Positions 1-11,572 of a stretch of DNA of 64,000 bases are shown here, one piece after another. The position numbers were made by a program, and so were the translations under genes. Below the pieces are notes generated by a model that saw only the letters and a program-made list of their open reading frames with translations, had not been told where the DNA came from and made no database searches. Origin of the DNA: an archaeon UBA543 (GTDB taxonomy: Archaea > Undinarchaeota > Undinarchaeia > Undinarchaeales > UBA543). The DNA lies in NCBI GenBank assembly GCA_002502135.1, contig DAPM01000011.1, positions 7,736 to 71,735 of the forward strand. The letters are read 5' to 3'. Each line of letters opens with the position of its first letter. Positions within the stretch are counted from its first letter, which is position 1.

Positions 1-974
1 GCATTTTTCAAATCCATTGGATGCAGTTTCCCGCTAGAATACAGTTTCTCCAGCTCATCATAATCCTGAATCTCCAAATCTCCGCCGAACTTAGCCGGCC
101 TCTTAATAGTATAACCTTTAATCTTCCTGAAAATAATATATCTCCACATCTCTAAAATCGGATTCCCTTCCACAACTTTTGGCGGACAATGTGCTGTTTT
201 CAATTTATTTTGGACCTCTTCTGTGCTATCATGAATAAAAATACAGCTAGTTGGTTTTGACTTGCTCATCTTAGCATCGGCCCCAGACTCAGTGTCTTCC
301 TGCCCCATCCTTCCAACATCAACACCCTGCAAACCCGCAAGTAAATGGTGATGCAAAAGAACTGGTTTTGGCAGTTTCATCTTCTTTGCCATTTCTCTAC
401 TAAGTATTGTCACTTTTCTCTGATCCATCCCAAGCTGGAGTATGTCAATTTTCATATGGAATGGGTCGTAAGCCTGCATAAACGGATAAAGCACTTGAGA
501 TGTCAGAAGATCATCACTTTCTTCTCTTCCCATAATCGGAGCAGTTCTTATGGCACGTTTTAATGAAGTCTTCATTGCAAATCTCATCACTCCTTCCCAA
601 TATCCTTCTTCTTCAACTAAATCAGAAGCCCAAACCAATTTGACTTTTTTTGTATCCAAACCACATGCCTTCCACCCTTCTATCATATACTCTCCAGCAT
701 TTTTTATTAATTTTTCATCCCCGTTAAACTTATTATTCAATGCACCGTGCCAATCTGCTATAAAAAGAGTAAACCCAACACCTGCTTTTAGCAAGTCGTT
801 AATCTTCTCTACACGCATAATCCCAGATGCCAAGTGTAACAACCCACTCGGCTCAAACCCATCATAAGCTCTTGGCGTTGTCTTTGTCTCTAACAAACTC
901 TTCAAATCCTCATTAGTAATAACTTCTTCAATCGGTTCTCTTGTAATAAGCTCTATGCGCTTTTCCAAATCCAT
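1..974 (-). CDS. tyrS: tyrosyl-tRNA synthetase (archaeal type); C-terminus runs off the left edge of the window
   Basis: My own minus-strand translation from the ATG (complement of 972-974) reads MDLEKRIELITREPIEEV...YDGFEPSG...KMSKSK...LHPMDLKNA. It has the class I KMSKS motif and TyrRS-like strings. It is absent from the ORF track because there is no stop inside the window. Confidence 0.8.
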   Translation of the reverse strand, partial: MDLEKRIELITREPIEEVITNEDLKSLLETKTTPRAYDGFEPSGLLHLASGIMRVEKINDLLKAGVGFTLFIADWHGALNNKFNGDEKLIKNAGEYMIEGWKACGLDTKKVKLVWASDLVEEEGYWEGVMRFAMKTSLKRAIRTAPIMGREESDDLLTSQVLYPFMQAYDPFHMKIDILQLGMDQRKVTILSREMAKKMKLPKPVLLHHHLLAGLQGVDVGRMGQEDTESGADAKMSKSKPTSCIFIHDSTEEVQNKLKTAHCPPKVVEGNPILEMWRYIIFRKIKGYTIKRPAKFGGDLEIQDYDELEKLYSSGKLHPMDLKN

Positions 975-1099
975 AATAGAACAAAGAATTGTGGGTTAAT
1001 AATGTTTACTATCACGCACCTCTGCAAATAATTTACCATTAACTGCAATTTTTTCTTCTAGTTCGTAATCATTTAAAACTCACCAACCAAATTTCCCCC

Positions 1100-2149
1100 A
1101 TGGACGTTGGTATAGTCGGCTACGGCTCTTACATCCCAGTTTACAGAATCAAAGTAGAAGCAATAGCGAAAGTATGGGGGCAGGACGCTGAAACAATGAG
1201 AAAAGGCTTGAAAGTCGATGAAAAATCAGTTCCAGCACCAGATGAAGACACTGCAACAATTGCAGTTGAAGCAAGCAGAAACGCTATGCTGAGAGCCAGA
1301 ATCAATCCAAAAAGAATCGGCGCAGTTTATGTCGGCTCTGAATCCCACCCTTACGCAGTTAAACCAACTGCAACAATTCTCGCAGAAGCTTTAGAAGCAA
1401 CTCCAAACCTAACCGCAGCTGACTTCGAATTCGCCTGCAAGGCCGGCACAGCTTCAATGCAGGCAATTTTCGGATTAGTCAAAGCAGAAATGATCGAATA
1501 TGGAGTAGCAGTAGGCTCAGACACTTCGCAGGGAGCACCAGGAGGAGCATTAGAATACACTGCAGCAGCTGGTGGAGCATCATTCATAATCGGAAAGGCC
1601 AATTTAATTGCAAAACTCAACGGCACCCGCTCTTTCACCACAGACACTCCAGATTTCTGGCGCAGAGAACGGCAAGCATACCCTCGCCACGGCGGACGCT
1701 TCACAGGAGAGCCAGCATATTTCAAACACATTCTCACTGCATCAAAAAACATGATGAACGGACTCGGCTTAGAACCAAAAGACATCAACTATTTTGTCCC
1801 ACACCAGCCAAATGGCAAATTCCCTCGCCAAGCAGCCAAGAAACTCGGCTTCACAGAAGACCAACTTCTCCAAGGACTCTTATCACCACAAATCGGAAAC
1901 ACTTACTCAGGCGCTTCACCACTCGGACTCACTGCAGTTCTTGACATAGCCAAACCAGATGAGAAAATCCTCCTAACCTCTTACGGCTCAGGAGCAGGCT
2001 CAGATTCATTTGTCTTCACAGTCACTGATAAAATCCTAGAAGTGCAAGGCTTAGCACCTAAAACCAGCGACTACATTAACAAAAAAAAGTACGTGGATTA
2101 CGGCACTTACGCAAAATATCGGGGGAAAATTAATTTGGCTGATGAATAA
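1100..2149 (+). CDS. hydroxymethylglutaryl-CoA synthase (archaeal HMGS)
   Basis: 349-aa ORF with a condensing-enzyme fold and N-terminus [11 protein letters not shown]. It is the first gene of the HMGS/thiolase/DUF35 trio typical of archaeal mevalonate pathways. Confidence 0.88.
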   Translation: MDVGIVGYGSYIPVYRIKVEAIAKVWGQDAETMRKGLKVDEKSVPAPDEDTATIAVEASRNAMLRARINPKRIGAVYVGSESHPYAVKPTATILAEALEATPNLTAADFEFACKAGTASMQAIFGLVKAEMIEYGVAVGSDTSQGAPGGALEYTAAAGGASFIIGKANLIAKLNGTRSFTTDTPDFWRRERQAYPRHGGRFTGEPAYFKHILTASKNMMNGLGLEPKDINYFVPHQPNGKFPRQAAKKLGFTEDQLLQGLLSPQIGNTYSGASPLGLTAVLDIAKPDEKILLTSYGSGAGSDSFVFTVTDKILEVQGLAPKTSDYINKKKYVDYGTYAKYRGKINLADE

Positions 2150-2154
2150 AATAT

Positions 2155-2188
2155 CGGGGCGCCGTGGAACCGGGGCGCAGGGGCGCCG
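2155..2188. repeat. GC-rich GGGGCGCC-type cluster in the HMGS-thiolase spacer
   Basis: The sequence is cggggcgcc gtggaac cggggcgc a ggggcgcc, set in AT-rich flanks. The same 8-mer recurs at 4593-4624. Confidence 0.7.
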
Positions 2189-2190
2189 AA

Positions 2191-3351
2191 ATGAGTAAGA
2201 AAGTAGCAGTAATCGGAGTTGGAATAACTAAATTCGGCGAGCTCTGGAACGAATCATTCAGAACACTTTTTGTAAAATCAGGAACTCAGGCAATTCAGGA
2301 TGCAGGAATCAGCTCAAAAGACATTGATGCGCTTTTCGGCGGAAACATGAGTGGCGGACAATTCATCAAACAGGAACACCTCGCCTCCTTAGCAATGGAT
2401 CACACAGCTCTCCTTCCAAAACCTGCAATGAGAGTCGAAGCAGCATGCGCATCCGGCGGAATGGCAGTTTCAGCAGCTTACATGGGAATAAAATCTGGAA
2501 TGTATGATGTTGTAGCAGCTGGTGGTGTTGAAAAAATGACAGACGTGCTCACAAACCGCACAACCGGCGCACTTTCAACAGCTGCAGACCAGGAATGGGA
2601 ATCTTTCCAGGGCGCAACTTTCCCTGGACTTTATGCAATGATCGCCAGACGCCACATGCACGAATATGGAACAACAGAAGAGCAGATGGCTGAAGTTGCT
2701 GTAAAAAACCACTACAACGGTTCCAAAAACCCAAATGCCCAATACCAGCGTGAAATAACAGTAGATCAGGTCATGAATTCTGCAAAAATAGCAGACCCAA
2801 TCAAGCTCCTAGACTGCTCACCAATAAGCGACGGAGCAGCTGTAGTAATCCTGGCAGGTGAAGAAACAGCAAAACTGGTCTGCGACGACCCAATCTGGCT
2901 TGTCGGAACCGGCCAAGCAACTGGCTCAATCGCTCTACACAACCGAAAAGACATCTGCACACTCAATGCAACCGTAGAAGCTGCAAAACGGGCGTATGGA
3001 ATGGCAGAACTCAGGCCAAAAGACATATCCTGCGCAGAAGTGCACGACTGCTTCACAATTGCAGAACTCTGCGCAATTGAAGATCTTGGCTTCTGCGACA
3101 AAGGCAAATCCGGCCAATTTGTCCAGGACGGACACACTCGAGTCACTGGCTCAATTCCAATCAACACTTCAGGTGGCCTGAAAGCAAAAGGTCACCCAGT
3201 TGGAGCAACAGGCGTAGCTCAAGTAGTAGAAGCAGTTCTGCAACTCAGAGGAAAAGCAGGCGCTCGTCAAGTAACAGATCCTGAATATGTTCTCACTCAC
3301 AATGTCGGCGGTAGTGGAGGTACTGCGAGTGTTCACATTTTCGGAAGATGA
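2191..3351 (+). CDS. acetyl-CoA C-acetyltransferase (archaeal thiolase)
   Basis: Track ORF 2164-3351. I prefer the ATG at 2191 (MSKKVAVIGVG...). Thiolase strings are present: the active-site Cys context EAACASGG and C-terminal NVGGSGGT. Confidence 0.88.
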   Translation: MSKKVAVIGVGITKFGELWNESFRTLFVKSGTQAIQDAGISSKDIDALFGGNMSGGQFIKQEHLASLAMDHTALLPKPAMRVEAACASGGMAVSAAYMGIKSGMYDVVAAGGVEKMTDVLTNRTTGALSTAADQEWESFQGATFPGLYAMIARRHMHEYGTTEEQMAEVAVKNHYNGSKNPNAQYQREITVDQVMNSAKIADPIKLLDCSPISDGAAVVILAGEETAKLVCDDPIWLVGTGQATGSIALHNRKDICTLNATVEAAKRAYGMAELRPKDISCAEVHDCFTIAELCAIEDLGFCDKGKSGQFVQDGHTRVTGSIPINTSGGLKAKGHPVGATGVAQVVEAVLQLRGKAGARQVTDPEYVLTHNVGGSGGTASVHIFGR

Positions 3352-3740
3352 CAGAAGTTCCAAGATTCTGGAGGGAAATACCACAGCGTTACAATTTAAT
3401 CGGCAATAAATGCAGAAAGTGTGATTGGATTAACTTCCCGCCTAGAAGCATCTGCAAAAAGTGCAATGACCATGATTTCGAGCGCTTCGACCTGAAAGGA
3501 GAAGGCAAAATAATAACCTACACAATAATCAGAGCAGCTCCTCTTGGTTTCGAAGACTTAGTTCCTTATGCTATTGCAATTATCAGATTGGACGACGGCC
3601 CAAGAATCACAGCACAAATTGTTGACTGCGATTCCTCTGAAGTTGATATAGGAAAAAGAGTTAAAGTGTGCTTCCGCAAGATTGCAGAGGATGGGAAAGC
3701 TGGCGCAATCTCGTATGGTTACAAGTTTAAACTAGTATGA
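3348..3740 (+). CDS. DUF35 OB-fold/zinc-ribbon protein (thiolase-HMGS scaffold subunit)
   Basis: 130 aa with a CxxC...CxxC ribbon (CRKCDW...CKKCN). Its start overlaps the thiolase stop. The gene order is the conserved one. Confidence 0.82.
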   Translation: MTEVPRFWREIPQRYNLIGNKCRKCDWINFPPRSICKKCNDHDFERFDLKGEGKIITYTIIRAAPLGFEDLVPYAIAIIRLDDGPRITAQIVDCDSSEVDIGKRVKVCFRKIAEDGKAGAISYGYKFKLV

Positions 3741-4915
3741 AAACTTCCAGAGTTTCAGGATTTTACAAAAAAACACTTACAGAAAGACTCAATTTTGTAA
3801 AAGATTTTGCAGAATTAACAGAAGAAGAAACCAATCAACTAAATTCAAATCTAAACCAGGAAACAGCAGAAAAAATGCTCGAAAACGTAATCGGCACTTT
3901 CTCACTCCCAATCGGAGTTGCAGTAAATTTCCTAATCAACAATAAAGACTATATCATCCCAATGGTTCTGGAAGAGCCATCAGTTATTGCAGCAGCATCC
4001 AATGCCGCTAAAATCGCCAGAGAATCCGGTGGATTCACAACTTCTTCAGATGAGCCAGTAATGATTGGGCAAATTCATGTGATGGGGGCTAGGGAACTAG
4101 GGGGCGAGGGGGCTAGGAAAATAGTAGAAATGAAACAAGAACTCCTCAATTTAGCAAATTCTCAAGATCCAACCCTAGTAAATTTCGGAGGAGGCGCAAA
4201 AGACCTTGAAGTAAAAGAATTCTCCAACTTCCTCAGAATCCATCTTTATGTCAACTGCCAAGATGCAATGGGTGCAAATGCAGTTAACACAATGGTAGAA
4301 GCAATAGCTCCAAAAATCACAGAAGCAATAGGAGGAACAGCAGTTCTGAAAATCATCTCAAATCTTGCAGACCGCAGATTAGCCAGAGCAGAATGCACTT
4401 TCAAGAAAGAATTGCTCGGCGAAGACACAATCAACTTAATCCTGAAAGCCTACCAAATCGCTTCAGAAGACCCATACCGCGCAGTAACTCACAACAAAGG
4501 AATAATGAATGCAATTAGCGCAATCTGCTTAGCAACCGGAAACGACTGGAGGGCAGTTGAAGCAGGAGCGCATGCGTTTGCAAGTTGTGGAAGGGGCGCC
4601 GGGGCAGCGGGGCGCCGGGGCAGCGAACTACCAACTACCAACTACAAACCACTAACCACTTACGAACTAACACCAGAAGGCGACTTAAAAGCAAGCATCG
4701 AACTCCCATTAGCAGTAGCAACAGTCGGCGGCTCAACAAAACACCCACAAGCTCAAGTCAATTTAAAAATTTTAGGAGTAAAATCATCAAAAGAATTAGC
4801 GCAAGTAATTGCAGCAGCAGGATTAGCACAAAACTTCGCAGCTCTAAAAGCAATTACAACAGAAGGAATTCAGAAAGGACATATGAAACTGCACGAACGC
4901 AAATCAACCCAATAA
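3737..4915 (+). CDS. hmgA: hydroxymethylglutaryl-CoA reductase (class II-like)
   Basis: 392 aa with the strings ENVIGTFSLPIGVA, EEPSVIAAASNAAK, DAMGAN and GGSTKHP. It contains two GC-rich low-complexity inserts, listed as separate repeat features. Confidence 0.88.
   Translation: MKTSRVSGFYKKTLTERLNFVKDFAELTEEETNQLNSNLNQETAEKMLENVIGTFSLPIGVAVNFLINNKDYIIPMVLEEPSVIAAASNAAKIARESGGFTTSSDEPVMIGQIHVMGARELGGEGARKIVEMKQELLNLANSQDPTLVNFGGGAKDLEVKEFSNFLRIHLYVNCQDAMGANAVNTMVEAIAPKITEAIGGTAVLKIISNLADRRLARAECTFKKELLGEDTINLILKAYQIASEDPYRAVTHNKGIMNAISAICLATGNDWRAVEAGAHAFASCGRGAGAAGRRGSELPTTNYKPLTTYELTPEGDLKASIELPLAVATVGGSTKHPQAQVNLKILGVKSSKELAQVIAAAGLAQNFAALKAITTEGIQKGHMKLHERKSTQ
4084..4117. repeat. GC-rich direct repeat inside the HMGR coding sequence
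   Basis: gggggctagg (4084-4093) is repeated at 4108-4117, separated by gaactagggggcga. It encodes the GARELGGEGAR segment. Confidence 0.65.
4593..4660. repeat. tandem 16-mer (x2) followed by tandem 7-mers inside the HMGR coding sequence
   Basis: ggggcgccggggcagc occurs at 4593-4608 and again at 4609-4624. It is followed by aactacc, aactacc, aactaca, aaccact, aaccact (4626-4660). Together they encode GRGAGAAGRRGSELPTTNYKPLTT. Confidence 0.85.
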
Positions 4916-5763
4916 CAATATAACAACAACCCCGGCCAACATCAACCCAGCACCAACTAAATGCTCAGCAATATGATCTTCTTTATAAATCAAATAAGCC
5001 AGCACAGTTGAAATAATAATACTTGTTCTTTTAACAGAAATCATATACACAGCATCCACCATACTAATTGCAATAATGTGAAAAAACATCATCCCTGCTA
5101 ACAAAGCACCAAGAACAATCAGCAAGCCAGGCTTTTTGAAAATCTTCTTAATATTATTCGATTTCTTAATAGCAATCGGTATCAACAGCAATGCAATCAG
5201 GGGTGCATAAAACCCTGCAAAGAACATTGTGCTTGTCTCCAATATCACTTTCTTTCCAAGAACAGAAGTCACAGAATAAACAAGAGCCACAATAAGAAAC
5301 AAAACCGACCCCCGCTCCTCAAAAATCGCCTTAAACGGAGCAAACAACCCCCTTCTCCAGCTCTTAATATTCAAAACATAAGCTCCAGCAACAACAAGCA
5401 GAACTCCACCTGCCCCAAGAAGCGTTGGAACCTCTCCCAAAATCAAAAACCCAGTCAAAAGTATAAACACTGGACTAAATGAAAGGAACGGCATAGTCAA
5501 TGCAATTGGAGAATTCTGTATTCCTTTCAGAAACAACAGGATTGCAAGAATATCAAGCGGCGCCAGAATTATCAAAGTTTTCCAGAAAACTGGCCCAAGT
5601 GTTGGCATAGGGATAAAAAACAAAATCGGAACTAAGAAAGGCAGAGCAAACAAATTCTTCCCAAGAGCAACCATATACAAATCATCAGTCTTCAACAACT
5701 TCTTTGCAAGAACCGCAGATACACCACTAAATAATGCAGCTCCAAGCGCAAACAACAGCCAAA

Positions 5764-5767
<4 letters not shown>
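4904..5767 (-). CDS. EamA/DMT-family transporter
   Basis: Polytopic membrane protein with two EamA-like halves. I prefer the ATG at 5767 (MIWLLFALGAALF), which overlaps the pyrI stop as ATGA. The track start at 5818 would run into pyrI. Confidence 0.7.
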
Positions 5768-7447
<1,680 letters not shown>

Positions 7448-7528
7448 TTTCTTGATAATTAGTGTTTTTCAAGTGATTTAAGCCTTATCCTTCACATTTA
7501 AATATCACTTATTCTGTATAAATCAGCT

Positions 7529-8410
7529 GTGGGGATTAAATTTAAACTTACTAGGCAGAATATTCGCAAGTTAATTGTTATACCGCTTGCACTATTAGCA
7601 CTCGCAATTTTCTTTATCGGGCTAACATACGTTCAGGAAGGCACAATTCTAAAACGAGGAATCGACCTGGAAGGCGGAACCCAACTCACAATCCACTATT
7701 CTGAACCAGTAGATATGGCATCTCTGAAAAACACACTCGGCTCTGCTTTAGGAACTAGCGACATAGACCTTGTAACAACAACCAATCCAGCAACCAGAGT
7801 GCAAGAAACCCTCATTATCTCAGTGGGTGGCGACATTTCTGAAGAAACAATTTCAACTGCAATAGAATCAGCACTCGGAATAACACTCTCACCTCAATCT
7901 TATTCAATCAGAGTACTCGGCCCAGCACTAGCATCCTCATTCTGGCGCCAGGCAAAATGGGCATTCGCTTTCGCATTCCTTTTCATGGCAGGAGTAGTTG
8001 CATTCTACTTCAGAAAACCACTACCTTCACTTGCAATTATCATCTCAGCCGTCTACGATTTAATAATAATCCTCGGTTTTATGGCTTTAACCGGCATGCA
8101 CCTATCACTCGCCACAATCGCAGCAGTTCTCATGATTATTGGATACAGTGTTGACACTAACATCCTCCTAACTAATAAAATCATCAGAGAGCGAGACGGC
8201 GAACTATTTGAGCGAATAAACCGCGGAATGAAAACCGGATTAACAATGAGCGCATCCACAATTTCAGTGCTTCTAGCACTTCTTTTCGTGGGTGGTGCTT
8301 ACTCAATTGTTCTCAGACAAATCGCAACAATCCTCCTAGTCGGACTGCTTGCAGACATACCAAACACCTGGCTGCTCAACTCTAACCTACTCACATGGCA
8401 TCAAGAATGA
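7529..8410 (+). CDS. secF: protein-export membrane protein SecF
   Basis: 293 aa with a GTG start. It has one N-terminal TM, a periplasmic-type domain and a C-terminal 5-TM RND-like bundle. It lies adjacent to secD. Confidence 0.8.
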   Translation: MGIKFKLTRQNIRKLIVIPLALLALAIFFIGLTYVQEGTILKRGIDLEGGTQLTIHYSEPVDMASLKNTLGSALGTSDIDLVTTTNPATRVQETLIISVGGDISEETISTAIESALGITLSPQSYSIRVLGPALASSFWRQAKWAFAFAFLFMAGVVAFYFRKPLPSLAIIISAVYDLIIILGFMALTGMHLSLATIAAVLMIIGYSVDTNILLTNKIIRERDGELFERINRGMKTGLTMSASTISVLLALLFVGGAYSIVLRQIATILLVGLLADIPNTWLLNSNLLTWHQE

Positions 8411-9978
8411 AACGTATCATAAAGAATCCACGAGTATTGATTCTTCTAATCTTTCTTGTAATTGCGGTTCTAGCAATCCCAAGTTTCAAATCTGATGGTG
8501 TTGCTGTTGCTTATGTTGCTCCTAGCTCACCTTTCTATGAGCAGGTTGACCAGGGCTGGATGATAAATTCTGTAAATGCAGTTCCTGTTACAACTCTGGA
8601 TGAGTACGCAGTACAAATCTCCAAACTAGCACCTGGAGATAATGTGACTTTTGATATTGAAGGCACTATTTTCAAATCAGTACTTGACCCAGATCCAAAA
8701 AATCCTGAATTAGCTTACACTGGTTTGAATGTGATGAGCACAAAAGCTACAAATCTTGAAATGGGGCTTGACCTGCAGGGCGGTGCAAGAGTAGTTCTCC
8801 GACCAGTACCCTCTGAATCAACTACCCCAGTAACAGACGAGCTTATAGACACAACCACAAGCGTGCTAATGGCCAGAATGAATGCTTACGGCCTGAAAAA
8901 CGTGGTCATCCGCAAAATAACTGATGTAAACGGACTCACTTTCATAGAAGTTGAAATGGCAGGCGAAGGTTCTGAGCAAGTTGTTGACATTGTAAAGAGT
9001 GTTGGTCTTTTTGAATTAAAAGTTCTTAATCAAACCTTAATCACAGGAGAATATATTGTTCCTCCAATCGGAGAACCACAGAGAGACTCCAGAAGCGGTT
9101 TGTGGCAGGTTGCATTTGCAATAAACAATGAAGGTGCGCGCCTTCTACGTGAGGGATATGTTGATCTCACTCCATCTGTCCCAGATTCCTGTTCAACAGA
9201 TGAAGAGTGTGAGCCTGCTTATGCTTGTTCCAGAGGATTGGCAACTGGCCAGTGTCTGCCAAGAATCGAAATGTTCCTTGACGATGCTCTCCAGTACTCA
9301 GCTCCTCCTGCTCAAGCATTATTCCAGACCTGGCAATATGGTGAGGATTCAAAGAACCTGCTTGTGCAATCTGCAAAATCAGAGGATGCACAGAAAGTCA
9401 AGATCGTGCTTGAAGCTGGCCGACTTCCAAAAGATGTGAAAGAACTACATGTTTATTCTCAAGATTATGTTGATGCAAAACTCGGCAAAGGATTTGTGCG
9501 CGGTGCAATTTACGCAGGACTTGCAGCAATTCTCGCAGTATTCTTGGTAGTGCTTATTCGCTACAAGAAAATGAAAGTTGTTCTTCCAATTATTTTCGTG
9601 GATGTTGCAGAGCTTGTAATAATTATCGGATTCGCTGCAATGATTAAATGGTCACTTGACCTGCCTGCAATAGCAGGATTAATCGCAGTTCTTGGAACAG
9701 CTGTCGACCAGCAGATTGTTATCACTGACCAGATCCTATCGGGAGACTCAGGACAGAGCTACAACCTGAAAAAGAGTGTTAAGACAGCATTCAAGATTGT
9801 TGTCATAGCTGCTTCAACAACAATTGCAGCAATGCTGCCATTAGCCTACCCAGGCTTCACCGGCCTGTACGCACTCCGCGGTTTCGCAATAGTGACTATT
9901 CTCGGTGTTCTTGTCGGACTTCTAATCACCAGACCTGCTTTCGCAAGAATGGCGGAGATGTTGTTAGGGGAAGAATGA
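8395..9978 (+). CDS. secD: protein-export membrane protein SecD
   Basis: 527 aa with the string GLDLQGGARVVL, a large extracytoplasmic domain and a C-terminal TM bundle. It overlaps secF. Confidence 0.82.
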   Translation: MASRMKRIIKNPRVLILLIFLVIAVLAIPSFKSDGVAVAYVAPSSPFYEQVDQGWMINSVNAVPVTTLDEYAVQISKLAPGDNVTFDIEGTIFKSVLDPDPKNPELAYTGLNVMSTKATNLEMGLDLQGGARVVLRPVPSESTTPVTDELIDTTTSVLMARMNAYGLKNVVIRKITDVNGLTFIEVEMAGEGSEQVVDIVKSVGLFELKVLNQTLITGEYIVPPIGEPQRDSRSGLWQVAFAINNEGARLLREGYVDLTPSVPDSCSTDEECEPAYACSRGLATGQCLPRIEMFLDDALQYSAPPAQALFQTWQYGEDSKNLLVQSAKSEDAQKVKIVLEAGRLPKDVKELHVYSQDYVDAKLGKGFVRGAIYAGLAAILAVFLVVLIRYKKMKVVLPIIFVDVAELVIIIGFAAMIKWSLDLPAIAGLIAVLGTAVDQQIVITDQILSGDSGQSYNLKKSVKTAFKIVVIAASTTIAAMLPLAYPGFTGLYALRGFAIVTILGVLVGLLITRPAFARMAEMLLGEE

Positions 9979-10424
9979 AAAAAGTTTCAAAAAGTAAGAA
10001 TTTTTTTAGTTCTCAAGAGATTGAAGATCGTTTGGAGGAACATTTTACTACCAAGCCTTCCTCTGGCTCAAGAGAATACAAGGTCAAGTGGTTCAAGAAT
10101 CAAAAAATAATGAATTTTCTTTTCAAAGAAGCTGGGTTTATTGGTGAGAAAGCCACTAGCACAAGAAAAATCAGGAGAGTAATCTTCAGACATGATTTTT
10201 TTCTAAGTATTCTTTCTGCAATTTCTAGTAATCCTCAAAAGTTTTCTGATTTTAGAAGAGATTGGTGCTTATTGTTCTTGAACTTGGCAATTGAAAAATT
10301 GAATAGAGAAGGATTTAAGATAAAACCATTAGATTCATTCTGCGCGCATGGTGAGGAGGCGATAAAGAAAATAAAGAAAAGTGAACTTTTTACTGGCCCA
10401 CTCCACGCAGAGGTTCCAAAATGA
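9975..10424 (+). CDS. hypothetical protein
   Basis: 149-aa ORF coupled by overlap to secD upstream and AMMECR1 downstream. I recognise no motif. Confidence 0.4.
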   Translation: MKKVSKSKNFFSSQEIEDRLEEHFTTKPSSGSREYKVKWFKNQKIMNFLFKEAGFIGEKATSTRKIRRVIFRHDFFLSILSAISSNPQKFSDFRRDWCLLFLNLAIEKLNREGFKIKPLDSFCAHGEEAIKKIKKSELFTGPLHAEVPK

Positions 10425-10987
10425 AACTCACCAAAACCCAGGGAGATTTCCTCCTCAAACTTGCAAGAAACACCCTCACTGCACATCTTTCTGGAACAAC
10501 TCACAAAAAACCAGCAACTTATGACAAAATCTTAGACGAGGAACGTGGAGTTTTCGTAACACTCAATACTTTAACTGGCGACCTCCGCGGTTGCATTGGC
10601 TACCCAGAACCAACAAAACCACTAATAGACGCTGTAATGGACTGCGCAGTCCACTCTGCAACACAGGATCCGCGCTTCCCTAAAGTAACAAAACAAGAAC
10701 TCTCCAACCTAAAATTCGAAATAACAGTTCTAACACCTCCTGAATTAATGGAAGTAAAACATTCAGCTCAATACACCCACGAAATCACAATTGGGAAAGA
10801 CGGATTGATTGTTGAGCAGGGAACTAATAAAGGCCTCCTGCTTCCGCAAGTGGCTTGGGACTGGGAATGGAATGAAAAACAGTTCTTAGAACATACTTGC
10901 AAAAAAGCATGTCTCCCAAAAGACGCTTACCTTGACTTGAAAAAAACAAAAATCTACAAATTCCAAGGGCAGATTTTCAAGGAATAG
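10421..10987 (+). CDS. AMMECR1-domain protein
   Basis: 188 aa with the strings GVFVTL...LRGCIG and DPRFP. Confidence 0.85.
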   Translation: MKLTKTQGDFLLKLARNTLTAHLSGTTHKKPATYDKILDEERGVFVTLNTLTGDLRGCIGYPEPTKPLIDAVMDCAVHSATQDPRFPKVTKQELSNLKFEITVLTPPELMEVKHSAQYTHEITIGKDGLIVEQGTNKGLLLPQVAWDWEWNEKQFLEHTCKKACLPKDAYLDLKKTKIYKFQGQIFKE

Positions 10988-11023
10988 AAACATTAAAATC
11001 CTTTAAAGTCTACTATTTTCTTA

Positions 11024-11572
11024 ATGAGTAACTACAGCAAGCTGACTATCTCAGGTTTCATCAGCAGTGTGAGCGACGGCTTGTACATGCCATTCTTAAT
11101 TGTTTTTCTTCAACAGCTTGCAGGAGGGCGATTATTCGATGCAGCTATTCTTATGGCGTTGTACACTGCACTCCGATCTGTACTCCGCCCATTATTTGGC
11201 TGGATTTCAGACAAAACCGGAAGGCGTGGATGGTTGATAGTTGCTTCGTTTGCCAGTGTCTATCTTCTCTACAGAATATCTCTAATAACACACTTCAGTC
11301 AGTTTTATCCTATAATGGTGCTTTTCGGAATTGTGGATGCCATGGGAGTGTCTGGTGGGGCCATGGTGCAGGATGAATCTGAGGGAAAACACCAAGGCTC
11401 TAAAATAAATTTCTTCTCTATAATCTTCAGTATCGGAGCTACTATAGGTGTAGCTTTTGGCGGTCATCTCATAGAGCTTTACGGGTTCAATTTTGTTTTT
11501 TTGGTAGCTGCAGGAGTTGAAGCATTTTCAAGTATTCCATTATTTTTCTTTAAAAAGGGGGAAGCTAAATGA
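11024..11572 (+). CDS. MFS transporter, N-terminal 6-TM half encoded as a separate gene
   Basis: 182 aa with six hydrophobic segments. It has a perfect MFS motif A (GWISDKTGRR) between TM2 and TM3. Its stop overlaps the next ATG. Confidence 0.7.
   Translation: MSNYSKLTISGFISSVSDGLYMPFLIVFLQQLAGGRLFDAAILMALYTALRSVLRPLFGWISDKTGRRGWLIVASFASVYLLYRISLITHFSQFYPIMVLFGIVDAMGVSGGAMVQDESEGKHQGSKINFFSIIFSIGATIGVAFGGHLIELYGFNFVFLVAAGVEAFSSIPLFFFKKGEAK

Noticed and set aside
345-867. Plus-strand ORFs 345-563 and 550-867
   Set aside because: They lie antisense to a continuous minus-strand reading frame that translates into a recognisable TyrRS. Their products are low-complexity with no motifs, so they are shadow ORFs.
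4585-4923. Alternative-frame ORF 4585-4923 inside the HMGR gene
   Set aside because: It starts in the GC-rich repeat and encodes low-complexity Ser/Arg/Asn sequence. The HMGR frame carries conserved catalytic motifs through the same region.
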